From NCBI GenBank assembly GCA_015064085.1, contig SVSX01000004.1, positions 1,528-65,527 on the forward strand: a stretch of DNA of 64,000 nt. The letters run 5' to 3'. Below, in pieces: positions 54,978 through 63,974 of the stretch (the first letter of the stretch is position 1; the number at the start of each line of letters is the position of its first letter). The notes beneath the pieces were generated by a model that was not told the origin of the DNA, did not search any database, and worked only from the letters and a program-made list of their open reading frames with translations. A program made the translations under genes and the position numbers. This DNA comes from Oscillospiraceae bacterium. GTDB lineage: Bacteria > Bacillota > Clostridia > Oscillospirales > CAG-272.

Positions 54978-55589
54978 TCAGATTTCACAAAAAGCCCTAA
55001 GGATCGAGAGCCCTACCTCACCGCTTTTTTCGGGGTGGAACTGTGTTCCGTAAACATTTCCCGAAGCGACCGCCGCCGCTATCCTTCCGCCGTATTCGGT
55101 GCTGGCGATCAAGGAATCCTCGCAATCAGCTCCGTAAAATGAGTGAACGAAATAAACGAAATCGCCCTCGTTAATATATTTGAAAAGCTTACTTTTCTCC
55201 CCGTGAAAGCTGAGAGAATTCCAGCCGATCTGCGGTATTTTCAGTCCCTCTGTGATATAACCCTTCATAGGCTTTACCGAGCCCTTTATAAGTGAAAGTC
55301 CCTTATGCTCACCGTACTCGTAGCTTTTTTCAAAAAGCATCTGCATTCCGAGACATATTCCAAGCAGAGGCTTTCCCGATCTCGCTTCCTCAATAACAAT
55401 ATCCGCAAGACCGCTCTCTCTGAGCTTTGCCGCCGCGTCCTCAAACGCACCGACCCCCGGGAGAATTATTCTGTCGGCTCTTCTGATCTCATCCACGTCG
55501 GAGGTCAGTCTCGCATCCTTTCCGATATAGGCAAAGGAGCTGGCAAGTGAGAAAAGATTTCCGACCCCGTAATCAATTATCGCTATCAT
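54978..55589 (-). CDS. hisH: imidazole glycerol phosphate synthase, glutaminase subunit
   Basis: IAIIDYGVGNLFS, GICLGMQ (catalytic Cys), QFHPEKS. Confidence 0.96.
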   Translation of the reverse strand: MIAIIDYGVGNLFSLASSFAYIGKDARLTSDVDEIRRADRIILPGVGAFEDAAAKLRESGLADIVIEEARSGKPLLGICLGMQMLFEKSYEYGEHKGLSLIKGSVKPMKGYITEGLKIPQIGWNSLSFHGEKSKLFKYINEGDFVYFVHSFYGADCEDSLIASTEYGGRIAAAVASGNVYGTQFHPEKSGEVGLSILRAFCEI

Positions 55590-56173
55590 ATTACACCCTT
55601 AGTTGAGGGGATCTCCCCTGCTCTTTTTTCGTCTATAGCCACTGCTTTTCCGAGTGTTCTTCCCAACGCCTTAAACATACCCTCGATAATATGGTGAGAG
55701 TTTCTTCCCTCAAGCTGTCTTACGTGGAGAGATATCTTCATCGTTCTCACAAGCGCGAGTAAAAACTCCTCCACAAGCTCGGTATCAAAATCTCCTACCT
55801 TAGAAGAAGGTATCTCAGCGCGGTAAACGAGGGTATCTCTTCCGCAGATATCGACAGCGCACATTATGAGCGCCTCGTCCATAGGAAGAATGATATCTCC
55901 GTAACGGTATATTCCCTTGCAGTCGCCAAGTGCCTCGCTGAATGCCTTTCCGAGACAGATACCTATGTCCTCGGCGGTGTGGTGGTAATCCACGTTCACG
56001 TCGCCACGGCAGGTGACCTTCAGATCAAATCCGCCGTGCTTCGCGAAGAGCGTCAGCATATGGTCGAGAAATCCGCATCCCGTATCTATTTCGCTGTTTC
56101 CCTTGCCGTCAAGCAGCAAGGAGAGCTTTATATCGGTCTCAGCCGTTTTTCTTGTAATTTCACTTTTTCTCAT
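55586..56173 (-). CDS. hisB: imidazoleglycerol-phosphate dehydratase
   Basis: RKTAETDIKLSL, DYHHTAEDIGI, NSHHIIEGMFKA. Confidence 0.96.
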   Translation of the reverse strand: MRKSEITRKTAETDIKLSLLLDGKGNSEIDTGCGFLDHMLTLFAKHGGFDLKVTCRGDVNVDYHHTAEDIGICLGKAFSEALGDCKGIYRYGDIILPMDEALIMCAVDICGRDTLVYRAEIPSSKVGDFDTELVEEFLLALVRTMKISLHVRQLEGRNSHHIIEGMFKALGRTLGKAVAIDEKRAGEIPSTKGVI

Positions 56174-56179
56174 TTTACA

Positions 56180-57247
56180 TCAAGCCTTTCCGAGTATTGT
56201 CTTTACTTCTCTTAAAAAGACATTCATCTCGTCGTCTGTTCCAATCGTTATCCTATTGAAATCCTTTATTCTCTCAACGGTAAAGTGTCTCACCAGCACA
56301 CCTCTCTTCTTCAGCTCGAGATAAAGGGTCTCGCCGTCCATCTCCGCCGTACGGGCAAAAATAAAGTTAGCCTCGGAATCAAGGACCTCAAAGCCTATCC
56401 GTCTCAGCTCCTCGGTCACTCTGCGGCGGGTCTTTGCTATGAGCTTACAGTTGTTCATATAGTAGCTGTTTTCCTCTATTGCACGACAACCCGCTATAAG
56501 TGAGATTCGGTTTATGTTATATGGATTTGTGGAAAACTTTATCTTATTCAGATCGGCAATGATCTCCTTCGATGCGATGGCAAATCCAAGTCTCGCGCCC
56601 GCGAGAGAGTAAGACTTTGAGAAGGTTCTGACAACGATCAGGTTGTCGTACTTGGGAACAAGCCCTATACAGCTCCTTGCCCCAAAATCAACGTATGCCT
56701 CGTCAATAAGGACGATATTTTCGGGATTTGAAGCAACGATCCGCTCTATCTCGTCAAGTGAAAGAGTCAGTCCCGTGGGAGCGTTCGGGTTAGCGATGAC
56801 CACATTCTTACCAACACCAACGTAATCGTCGGCGCAGATAGAAAAATCGGCCTTAAGGGGTATCTGCTGATAATCCGCCTTGTGAAGATCCGCGTACACC
56901 TTGTAAAAGCCGTAGCTTATATCGGGAAACACCACGGGGGTCTCACCGTCGGAGCAGAACGCCATAAAAGCAAAATTAAGTATATCGTCAGACCCGTTTG
57001 ACACAAAAACATTTTCCTTTTCAAAGCCGAAAAGACCTGCCAGCTTCTCGCAAAGCTCGGAGCAATCGGGATCGGGATAAAGCCTCAAAAGCTCGGCGTT
57101 TTCTCTGTTCACCGCATTCACGACCCCCTCAGAGGGAGGAAATGGAGACTCATTGGTATTGAGCTTAACGTATTTCATATCCTTAGGCTGCTCACCCGGA
57201 ACGTATTCCTTGAGCGCCTTATATTTTTCATTCAAAAACCTGCTCAT
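56180..57247 (-). CDS. hisC: histidinol-phosphate aminotransferase
   Basis: LNTNESPFPP, NPNAPTG, TFSKSYSLAGARLGF (PLP Lys). Confidence 0.95.
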   Translation of the reverse strand: MSRFLNEKYKALKEYVPGEQPKDMKYVKLNTNESPFPPSEGVVNAVNRENAELLRLYPDPDCSELCEKLAGLFGFEKENVFVSNGSDDILNFAFMAFCSDGETPVVFPDISYGFYKVYADLHKADYQQIPLKADFSICADDYVGVGKNVVIANPNAPTGLTLSLDEIERIVASNPENIVLIDEAYVDFGARSCIGLVPKYDNLIVVRTFSKSYSLAGARLGFAIASKEIIADLNKIKFSTNPYNINRISLIAGCRAIEENSYYMNNCKLIAKTRRRVTEELRRIGFEVLDSEANFIFARTAEMDGETLYLELKKRGVLVRHFTVERIKDFNRITIGTDDEMNVFLREVKTILGKA

Positions 57248-57261
57248 AGACTACTCCAAAA

Positions 57262-58542
57262 TTACTTCTTCTTTTCCGAACGTACGACAGCGCTTGCCGC
57301 GTGAGCCGTAAGTCCTTCCTTCTTAGCAAAATACTCCACGTCTCTGCAAACTGCCTCGAGAGCATCAGCGGTATAATAGGTAAACTGTGATTTCTTAACA
57401 AAATCGTCTACCGAAAGAGGGCTCGAAAACCTCGCCGTTCCACTTGTTGGAAGGGTGTGGTTAGGTCCTGCGAAATAGTCGCCGAGCGCCTCGGGACAGT
57501 TTTTACCCATAAATATCGATCCCGCGTTCTTGATCTTAGCTAGATAGTCAAAGGGGTTGTCAACGCATATCTCAAGATGCTCGGGAGCTATTCTGTTCGC
57601 GACCTCAATGGCAAGCTCAAGATCCTCGGCAATTATGATCTTGCCGTTATTGTCGATCGAGGCTCTTGCTATCTCACTTCTGAGCAATGTAGGAATTATT
57701 CTCTCAAGAGAGTCGCTGACCTTTGCTGCAAGCTCCTCGCTGTCTGTAACGAGCACCGCACTCGCAAGCCTGTCGTGCTCTGCCTGAGAGAGAAGATCGG
57801 TAGCCACCACATCGGGATCGCAGCTTCGATCCGCGACCACCATTATCTCGCTCGGTCCTGCTATCATATCGATAGCCACAACACCGAACACCTGCTTCTT
57901 TGCCTCAGCCACAAAGGCGTTACCCGGTCCTACTATCTTGTCCACCTTCGGAAGAGTTTCCGTACCGTAAGCCAACGCCGCCACAGCCTGCGCTCCGCCA
58001 ACCTTGAAAACTCTGTCAACTCCCGCTATCTTTGCCGCCGCGAGAATAACGGGATTTACCCTTCCGTCAGCTGACGGCGGTGTGACCATAACTATCTCGT
58101 CGCAGCCCGCGATCTTAGCGGGTATGCAGTTCATAAGCACCGAGGAGGGATACGCGGCAGTGCCGCCAGGAACGTAAAGTCCTACCTTTTCGATAGGCAT
58201 CACCTTCTGTCCCATTACCACACCGTCCTCGCGGTTTATCACAAAGCTGTTTCTTACCTGCTTTGAATGGAAGGCATATATATTCTCTGCCGCCTTTTTC
58301 ATTATCTCGATAAACTCGGGCTCTACAGAATCATAAGCCTCGCTTATCTCCTTTTCGCTGACCTCAAGTGAGGAAAGCTCCGCTTTATCAAATTTCTTGC
58401 AGTAATCAAAAAGAGCGCTGTCTCCTCTTTTTCTCACCTCCGCAATTATCTCGGATACCACCGATGCCACGTCGACCTCGGGAACTACCCTTGAAAAAAC
58501 CTCCTCGTCGGAGACCTCTCCGTATTTATATATCTTTATCAT
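57262..58542 (-). CDS. hisD: histidinol dehydrogenase
   Basis: IAGPSEIMVVAD, LSQAEHD, GDYFAGPNHTLPT. Confidence 0.96.
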   Translation of the reverse strand: MIKIYKYGEVSDEEVFSRVVPEVDVASVVSEIIAEVRKRGDSALFDYCKKFDKAELSSLEVSEKEISEAYDSVEPEFIEIMKKAAENIYAFHSKQVRNSFVINREDGVVMGQKVMPIEKVGLYVPGGTAAYPSSVLMNCIPAKIAGCDEIVMVTPPSADGRVNPVILAAAKIAGVDRVFKVGGAQAVAALAYGTETLPKVDKIVGPGNAFVAEAKKQVFGVVAIDMIAGPSEIMVVADRSCDPDVVATDLLSQAEHDRLASAVLVTDSEELAAKVSDSLERIIPTLLRSEIARASIDNNGKIIIAEDLELAIEVANRIAPEHLEICVDNPFDYLAKIKNAGSIFMGKNCPEALGDYFAGPNHTLPTSGTARFSSPLSVDDFVKKSQFTYYTADALEAVCRDVEYFAKKEGLTAHAASAVVRSEKKK

Positions 58543-58543
58543 T

Positions 58544-59176
58544 TTATTCCTTTATCAAAGCCGAGATCTTCTCGCACATCTCGGTTATCTCCTTGTTCTT
58601 GAATTTATAGCTGACCTTGTTCGCCACGAGTCTCGCGCTTATATCAACGATAGTCTCTCGAGGCTCAAGATCATTTTCATAGAGGGTCTTTCCCGTCTCG
58701 ACGATATCAACGATGACATCCGAGAGTCCGAGTATCGGTGCAAGCTCTATAGATCCGTTAAGCTTGATTATATCTATTTCACGACTCTGAGAATTATAAT
58801 ATCTTTTGGCTATGTTCGGGAATTTTGTTGCCACGCGGAGGGTTCTGTCTCTGTTATCGGAGAAGTCCTTCTTACAGGCAACAGCCATTCGGCACTTACC
58901 CATTTTCAGATCGGCAAGCTCATATATATCGGGAGAATACTCAAGTATGATATCCCTTCCCGCGATACCGATATCGGCAGCGCCTCTCTCAACGTAGATA
59001 ACCACGTCCGAGGGCTTGACCCAGAAATATCTTATTCCCTTTTCTTCGTTTTCGAATATAAGCTTTCGGTTCTCCTCGCGGATCGAGGGACATTCATATC
59101 CCGCCTCCTCGAAGACCTTATATGCTTTTTCACCAAGTCTTCCCTTTGGAAGCGCAACGTTAATCATTTGCTTCAA
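58544..59176 (-). CDS. hisG: ATP phosphoribosyltransferase, short (HisZ-dependent) form
   Basis: 210 aa. VALPKGRL, GIAGRDI, LSDVIVDIVETGKTL. Confidence 0.95.
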   Translation of the reverse strand: MKQMINVALPKGRLGEKAYKVFEEAGYECPSIREENRKLIFENEEKGIRYFWVKPSDVVIYVERGAADIGIAGRDIILEYSPDIYELADLKMGKCRMAVACKKDFSDNRDRTLRVATKFPNIAKRYYNSQSREIDIIKLNGSIELAPILGLSDVIVDIVETGKTLYENDLEPRETIVDISARLVANKVSYKFKNKEITEMCEKISALIKE

Positions 59177-60284
59177 GAGTAACGACCTCCCTTCCGCAGA
59201 TCTTCATAAGCTTTCTGTATCTTATATCTGTTCTCTCCCCACTCGCGCACAAAACGCTGTGTCCGAGAGCTCTTTGCTCCTCAGCCGTCCTTGCCGTGAG
59301 CAGCTTATCCGACTCCTCGGAATAAAGCAACAGAACGTCCACATCATAGTCCTTGGTGTCGATCGAAAGTCTGTCCAGCTTATCGAGATATACGGCAAAT
59401 CCGACAGCGCAAGCGCTCTTGCCCATTTTCCTCATAAGCGTATCATATCTTCCACCCGAAAGGACACTGTCGGGCAATCCCTTCACAAAGCCCTTGAAGG
59501 TAACTCCGTTATAATATGTCCTGTCGTTTACCGTCGAAAAGTCAACGTATATCTTTTCGCCAACGCCGCAGCTCTTGAGCATATCACAGATACACTTAAG
59601 CTCACGGTATGCCTCAGACATTTTCTCGCCCTTCACCATTCCCTCAACCCTCTCCAATACCTCCTCCATTGGAGCGTAAAGAGAGGTGAGCGCACAAAGA
59701 GCATCGGTAGCATCTTTGGAAATCGAAAGCGCTTCACAAAGCGACCTTATCGCAGGTAGGTTCTTATGCTCAACAAAACCGATCATCTTATCGGCATCCG
59801 TTCCCTCAAGTCCCGCGTTTTCGATCATACCGAGCAAAAAGCCCATATGGGAAATGTCCAGAATATTGTCCTCGCTTATGACGTCAAGGCTCTTCGCTGC
59901 AAGAAGCAAGACCTCGCACATCGCCATATCGTCTATATTTCCTATACACTCAAGCCCCGTTTGCATTATCTCCCTGAAGCCGTCCGCCGAGGGGGAGGTC
60001 CTGTAAACGTTCTCATTATAATAGAGCTTTTGTGTCTCGTTACCGTTTGCCGCTATATTCTTGACTATAGACAGTGTAACGTCGGGCTTCAGCGCCATAA
60101 GACGTCCGTCGGTATCTGTGAAAGTGAGCACGTTCTCGCTCACAAGAAAGCTTTTATTGTGAGCGTAAAGGTCATATTCCTCAAATTTGCTCACCTTATA
60201 TCTTGAATATCCGTACTTACTGTAAAGCTCACGCAAGCGGAATATTGCCTTTTCGTCATTCTTTAAAACAGACGCAGAGATCAT
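59160..60284 (-). CDS. hisZ: ATP phosphoribosyltransferase regulatory subunit (HisRS paralogue)
   Basis: 374 aa. LRELYSKYGYSRYKVSKFEEYDLY, LKPDVTLSI, YRTSPSADGFREIMQTGLECIG. Precedes short-form hisG. Confidence 0.92.
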   Translation of the reverse strand: MISASVLKNDEKAIFRLRELYSKYGYSRYKVSKFEEYDLYAHNKSFLVSENVLTFTDTDGRLMALKPDVTLSIVKNIAANGNETQKLYYNENVYRTSPSADGFREIMQTGLECIGNIDDMAMCEVLLLAAKSLDVISEDNILDISHMGFLLGMIENAGLEGTDADKMIGFVEHKNLPAIRSLCEALSISKDATDALCALTSLYAPMEEVLERVEGMVKGEKMSEAYRELKCICDMLKSCGVGEKIYVDFSTVNDRTYYNGVTFKGFVKGLPDSVLSGGRYDTLMRKMGKSACAVGFAVYLDKLDRLSIDTKDYDVDVLLLYSEESDKLLTARTAEEQRALGHSVLCASGERTDIRYRKLMKICGREVVTLEAND

Positions 60285-60574
60285 CTTCTATCCTCTTTAA
60301 CTCTTTTTAATATTTTCTCATATCCGCCGCTTCCGTAATTATAGCTTCGGTTAACGCGGCTTATCGTTGCGGTGCTCGCTCCCGTCTCCTCAACGATCTT
60401 ATTGTAGACCACCTGCTCGGAAAGCATTTTGGCTACGAGCATTCTTTGGGAAATGTCCATCATTTCCTTTCTCGTCATAACATCCTCAAGAAAATCGATG
60501 CATTCCTTCTCATCCTCAAGCGAGAGCAATGCCTTTACAAGAAGCCTGAGTCCTTCATTTTCGTGAAAATCCAT
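60281..60574 (-). CDS. YerC/YecD-type TrpR-like DNA-binding protein, first gene of the his operon
   Basis: 97 aa. LLTRKEMMDISQRMLVAKML...ETGASTATISRVNRSYNYGSGGY matches the YerC/YecD (Trp-repressor fold) family. ATGA overlap with hisZ. Confidence 0.8.
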   Translation of the reverse strand: MDFHENEGLRLLVKALLSLEDEKECIDFLEDVMTRKEMMDISQRMLVAKMLSEQVVYNKIVEETGASTATISRVNRSYNYGSGGYEKILKRVKEDRR

Positions 60575-60618
60575 TTTTTCCTCCCAAAAACCTTCATTAT
60601 ATGCTTTAGCACTTTAGT

Positions 60619-60647
60619 ATGATAACACACTAAACCGTGAAAGTCAA
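60619..60647 (-). promoter_or_regulatory. his operon promoter with overlapping CTAAAG/TTTAGT repeats (candidate operator)
   Basis: Minus strand reads TTGACT (60647..60642), a 17-nt spacer, then TATCAT (60624..60619). The inverted repeat TTTAGT-N10-ACTAAA spans the -10, and an extra CTAAAG copy lies immediately downstream (plus-strand 60604-60634). Confidence 0.5.
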
Positions 60648-60675
60648 TAGATTTTTATTTATTTTTTAAAAAAGC

Positions 60676-60722
60676 AACAAAGTATGTGTGAATTTCCAAA
60701 GAAACGTACCACATACTTTGTT
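60676..60722. terminator. terminator after the 777-aa gene (13-bp stem, T-runs on both sides)
   Basis: AACAAAGTATGTG, a 21-nt loop, then CACATACTTTGTT. The minus strand continues GCTTTTTT and the plus strand continues TTTTT. Confidence 0.7.
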
Positions 60723-60751
60723 TTTTTATATATTTTTACATAGCGTATTTA

Positions 60752-63085
60752 TTATTCTTCCTCGCGTCTGATGCACATAAACACGCCTATGCCTATAACG
60801 ATAACAATGATAGAAACGCCGACAACAATAAGTATGGTATTCGCCGACTTCTCCTCCTCATTTTGCTCGCTTTCCTCATCAAGCATATTGCGAATGCGGA
60901 GTCTTTCCTCGGTTATCTTACTCTCAAGCTCATCGGAAAGGAATTCGGAGCTATATCCTGTCACAGACGAGAGCGAGAGCGTAAATCCTCCTTCGGTATC
61001 GGTAAGCTCACGCACACCTATCATAACGTAATCTGCCATCGACAGGTTACAAAATTCGGCAATATCAAGAATGACGGTAGTTTTTTCATAGGCATTGCAA
61101 ACCGCGGTAGCTTCCGAAATATTATTATCCATTCCGAAAACTATCTTCACCTCATAGATAGCTCCCTTATCCGCGCTATCATTCTCTATTCCCAATGTTA
61201 TGGCAATGTCGGTGGTAAACGCAAAATTCTCCGGATAATCATAGTAGCAATAAAGCTCGGAATACTCGGTAGGTCCGAGGCTCTCTCCGTTGAAGGTAGC
61301 CATAAGCGATCTTCCACATATATTTCCGTAATCTATTTTGAGAGAAGTACAACCCGTTCCGCCAAACCACGACGATATATTGGTATAATATGAAAAATCA
61401 AAATAATCAAAGCTTCCCACATTGTCCGCGGGTACAGAGTCCTGCTTGACAATACTGATTATTCTCGCAGTATCCGTCTTGCCCGAATATATATCCGATA
61501 TTACGTCGCGCCAGCTTGATGCTCTCAGAATATCAAGCTGAGGCTTGGTCACGTTTTGTGACTCCGCAGTATCGATATATTTCATTATCTTCATTATTTC
61601 GGGGAAAAGTGAGTAATCCTGAAGCTTCTCCGAGCTGTTAAATGAGATGACAAAGCTCGATAGCATATCGTTTCCGAGAAGCTTGAAATAGCTGTATGAA
61701 TAAGCTGCGGTAAGCTCATTTCCCGAAATGTTTTTCGGAACGCTCCACATAAAGGTAAAATGTCTCGGCGCGTTTGAGTACTTTTCCGCAACAGACGCAA
61801 GGTATTCGGAATATACCGCCGCTCTGTCGGCATTGATACCGCTATATTTGACCGAGCTGAATTTTCCGTTTGCTATAGTCTCATTTGAGATACCGTAAGG
61901 AAGTGACGCTGTCTCTATCATAGTTGAGAACGGAAACTCATTTGCGAGATATCCGTCATAGAAGGCGCATACCACCTCCAGCAATTCAGCCGAGACTCGT
62001 GTCTTCGCGTTTGCCGAATATGCGTCGGTATCACCGAAGGGCATAACGATATCCATCTCGCTGCTCGATGATCTTGCCACTCCTCCGACGACTAACATAT
62101 AGTACGCGTAATTCTCGGCGTATTCCGAAAGTCCCATTACATTATCCGAAAAGAAATCATCTACCCGCTCTCCGAGTATTATGCCCGACACTCTACCCCT
62201 CGAGGAATTTGAATATCTTTCGCAAAGAAAGTCGGTAAATGCCGCGACCAGACTTACAGTCTGAGGAGAGCGCATATCGGGCACAGCGGTATCGGTCAGG
62301 TTTGATCCAACGAGCGTATCGACACTCCCTTCGGGTGTTGAAGAAAGCAGGAACTGAAGGTACACCTTACTGTCGGTGGTAGTAAGGCTCTTTATTTTTG
62401 CATCAAGCTCCCCGATATATTCCTTATCAAAATATATATAGGAATCCTGCATCGAGTAGAGATATCCTGTGCTTCCGTCGCTCATAAGTTTGTCAAGCGA
62501 AATCCTTATGACCGACGTTGAAACGTTTGCGTTTATTGCTGCCGAGGTAAGCTCGGTCATTGCGCCCTTATAATAGGACTTGTCGCCCTTTTCAAAGGAA
62601 TACTTGCTCGTAACAGAAGGATATACCGGCTCTCCTATAGGCTTTATGTCACCGCGCTGGTTGTATATCACCACCGCGTAACGGGAAAATCTTTCGTTAT
62701 TTCCGTCGTCCTTTACGGCAAATTCAAATTTAATTGATATCGATGCCGTTGCGACGGGCTTGACCTGAGGGTCAAGAACGACCTCCTCAAGCGACTGGGT
62801 ATGCTCAAGTCTGTAGACAGCCAGCTTATAATCACTGTGGGTAACCATTATATCGTGATTTATTCTTCCGCTTATGGTGACCTTTTTATCTGAAGCGGAA
62901 TAAAGGCAGGAGCTTATCTCACCAATATCATCGTAAACAATAACGGAGGATTCCTCCCCGTTTCCTGTTTCAGCGGCGAGAATGCTCACCGAAAATATCT
63001 GAGTCAGCATAAGCAATGCGAGAATCACAGCTATTATTTTCAATTTGGAGGTCCTCCTTTCACAAATATATAAATATTGTACCAT
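60752..63085 (-). CDS. large hypothetical extracytoplasmic protein with N-terminal signal/anchor and C-terminal TM anchor
   Basis: 777-aa ORF. N-terminal hydrophobic KIIAVILALLMLTQIFSVSILAA; C-terminal ILIVVGVSIIVIVIGIGVFMCIRREEE preceded by an acidic stretch. A likely true start is the in-frame TTG at 63043 (GGAGG 9 nt upstream). No family recognised with confidence. Confidence 0.7.
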   Translation of the reverse strand: MVQYLYICERRTSKLKIIAVILALLMLTQIFSVSILAAETGNGEESSVIVYDDIGEISSCLYSASDKKVTISGRINHDIMVTHSDYKLAVYRLEHTQSLEEVVLDPQVKPVATASISIKFEFAVKDDGNNERFSRYAVVIYNQRGDIKPIGEPVYPSVTSKYSFEKGDKSYYKGAMTELTSAAINANVSTSVIRISLDKLMSDGSTGYLYSMQDSYIYFDKEYIGELDAKIKSLTTTDSKVYLQFLLSSTPEGSVDTLVGSNLTDTAVPDMRSPQTVSLVAAFTDFLCERYSNSSRGRVSGIILGERVDDFFSDNVMGLSEYAENYAYYMLVVGGVARSSSSEMDIVMPFGDTDAYSANAKTRVSAELLEVVCAFYDGYLANEFPFSTMIETASLPYGISNETIANGKFSSVKYSGINADRAAVYSEYLASVAEKYSNAPRHFTFMWSVPKNISGNELTAAYSYSYFKLLGNDMLSSFVISFNSSEKLQDYSLFPEIMKIMKYIDTAESQNVTKPQLDILRASSWRDVISDIYSGKTDTARIISIVKQDSVPADNVGSFDYFDFSYYTNISSWFGGTGCTSLKIDYGNICGRSLMATFNGESLGPTEYSELYCYYDYPENFAFTTDIAITLGIENDSADKGAIYEVKIVFGMDNNISEATAVCNAYEKTTVILDIAEFCNLSMADYVMIGVRELTDTEGGFTLSLSSVTGYSSEFLSDELESKITEERLRIRNMLDEESEQNEEEKSANTILIVVGVSIIVIVIGIGVFMCIRREEE

Positions 63086-63201
63086 ATTTCCTATCTAAAA
63101 TCAACAGCTTTTTTAATATTTTACTTTAGAATAAAAAACCTGTTGAAAAAAAGATAATTATGTGCTATAATATAGAAAACTGTACTGAAGGGAGTGTGAA
63201 T

Positions 63202-63765
63202 ATGAAAAAAATTTATATTCTTTTGAGCGCCACAAAAACACTGCCCTCAAGACTGATTCACACTATTATGAAGGGTGGATATACACACGCGTCCATCGCC
63301 CTTGAACCAAGATCAGACAAGCTATACAGTTTTGCCAGAAGAACCTTGAATAATCCCCTAAATGCGGGATTTATAATAGAGGACCTACATAAATTTGTTT
63401 ACTCAAGGTATGAAAATTGTCCCTGCGCCGTATATTCCGTTGAGGTCAGCGACGAAGCTTACGAAAAGGCAAAAAATATCGTTGGAAAATTTGTCGAGAA
63501 CAAAAAAGTGCTGAACTACAATTTTCTTGGTCTTCTTCCCGCGAAGCTCGGCATAAAATTTGAACGGAAGAAAAATTTCACCTGCTCACAGTTCGTTGCG
63601 AGTGTGCTTCACTACTCGGGCGCTGTGGAGCTCCCGAAGCACCCTTCCCTTATGATGCCGAACGATTTTCCTAAGCTTGAGGGAGTAAAGCTCATATATA
63701 CGGGAACTATTAAGAATTGCTTTCTTGAGTCTCACCGTAAGGAAAGCGCCCTAAAGAACAGCTAA
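63202..63765 (+). CDS. YiiX/permuted-papain (NlpC/P60-like) family hydrolase, putative
   Basis: GGYTHASIAL (His) precedes FTCSQFVASVLHYSG (Cys), the order expected in permuted papain-fold amidases. Start at MKKIYIL with a GAAGGGAG RBS. Confidence 0.5.
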   Translation: MKKIYILLSATKTLPSRLIHTIMKGGYTHASIALEPRSDKLYSFARRTLNNPLNAGFIIEDLHKFVYSRYENCPCAVYSVEVSDEAYEKAKNIVGKFVENKKVLNYNFLGLLPAKLGIKFERKKNFTCSQFVASVLHYSGAVELPKHPSLMMPNDFPKLEGVKLIYTGTIKNCFLESHRKESALKNS

Positions 63766-63789
63766 TTTTAAAAATTTTTTCAAAAGCTC

Positions 63790-63818
63790 TTGATTTTGCG
63801 GTGTCTATATGGTATAAT
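63790..63818 (+). promoter_or_regulatory. sigma-A promoter for tRNA-Leu
   Basis: TTGATT (63790-95), a 17-nt spacer, then TATAAT (63813-18), about 28 nt before the tRNA 5' end. Confidence 0.6.
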
Positions 63819-63846
63819 ACCACTTGTTGCCCATCAAGGGTCATAT

Positions 63847-63933
63847 GCCGGTGTGATGGAATTGGCAGACGTGCTGGACTCAAAATCCAGTGGTAGCGAT
63901 ACCGTGTCGGTTCGACCCCGACCACCGGCACCA
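63847..63933 (+). tRNA. tRNA-Leu (anticodon CAA), class II with long variable arm, encoded CCA
   Basis: Acceptor GCCGGTG/CACCGGC, anticodon stem CTGGA/TCCAG with loop CTCAAAA, variable arm TGGTAGCGATACCGTG, T-arm GTCGG-TTCGACC-CCGAC, discriminator A plus CCA. Confidence 0.93.
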
Positions 63934-63934
63934 G

Positions 63935-63974
63935 AAAGAGGCTGTCTCAAATGCAAATTTGAGACAGCCTCTTT
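63935..63974 (+). terminator. terminator after tRNA-Leu; GCTGTCTCAAAT-family element with conserved tail
   Basis: AAAGAGGCTGTCTCAAAT-GCAA-ATTTGAGACAGCCTCTTT followed by T. 63934-64000 matches 23879-23946. Confidence 0.8.

Noticed and set aside
59016-59759. 247-aa plus-strand ORF
   Set aside because: It is antisense to hisG and hisZ. It is a shadow ORF.
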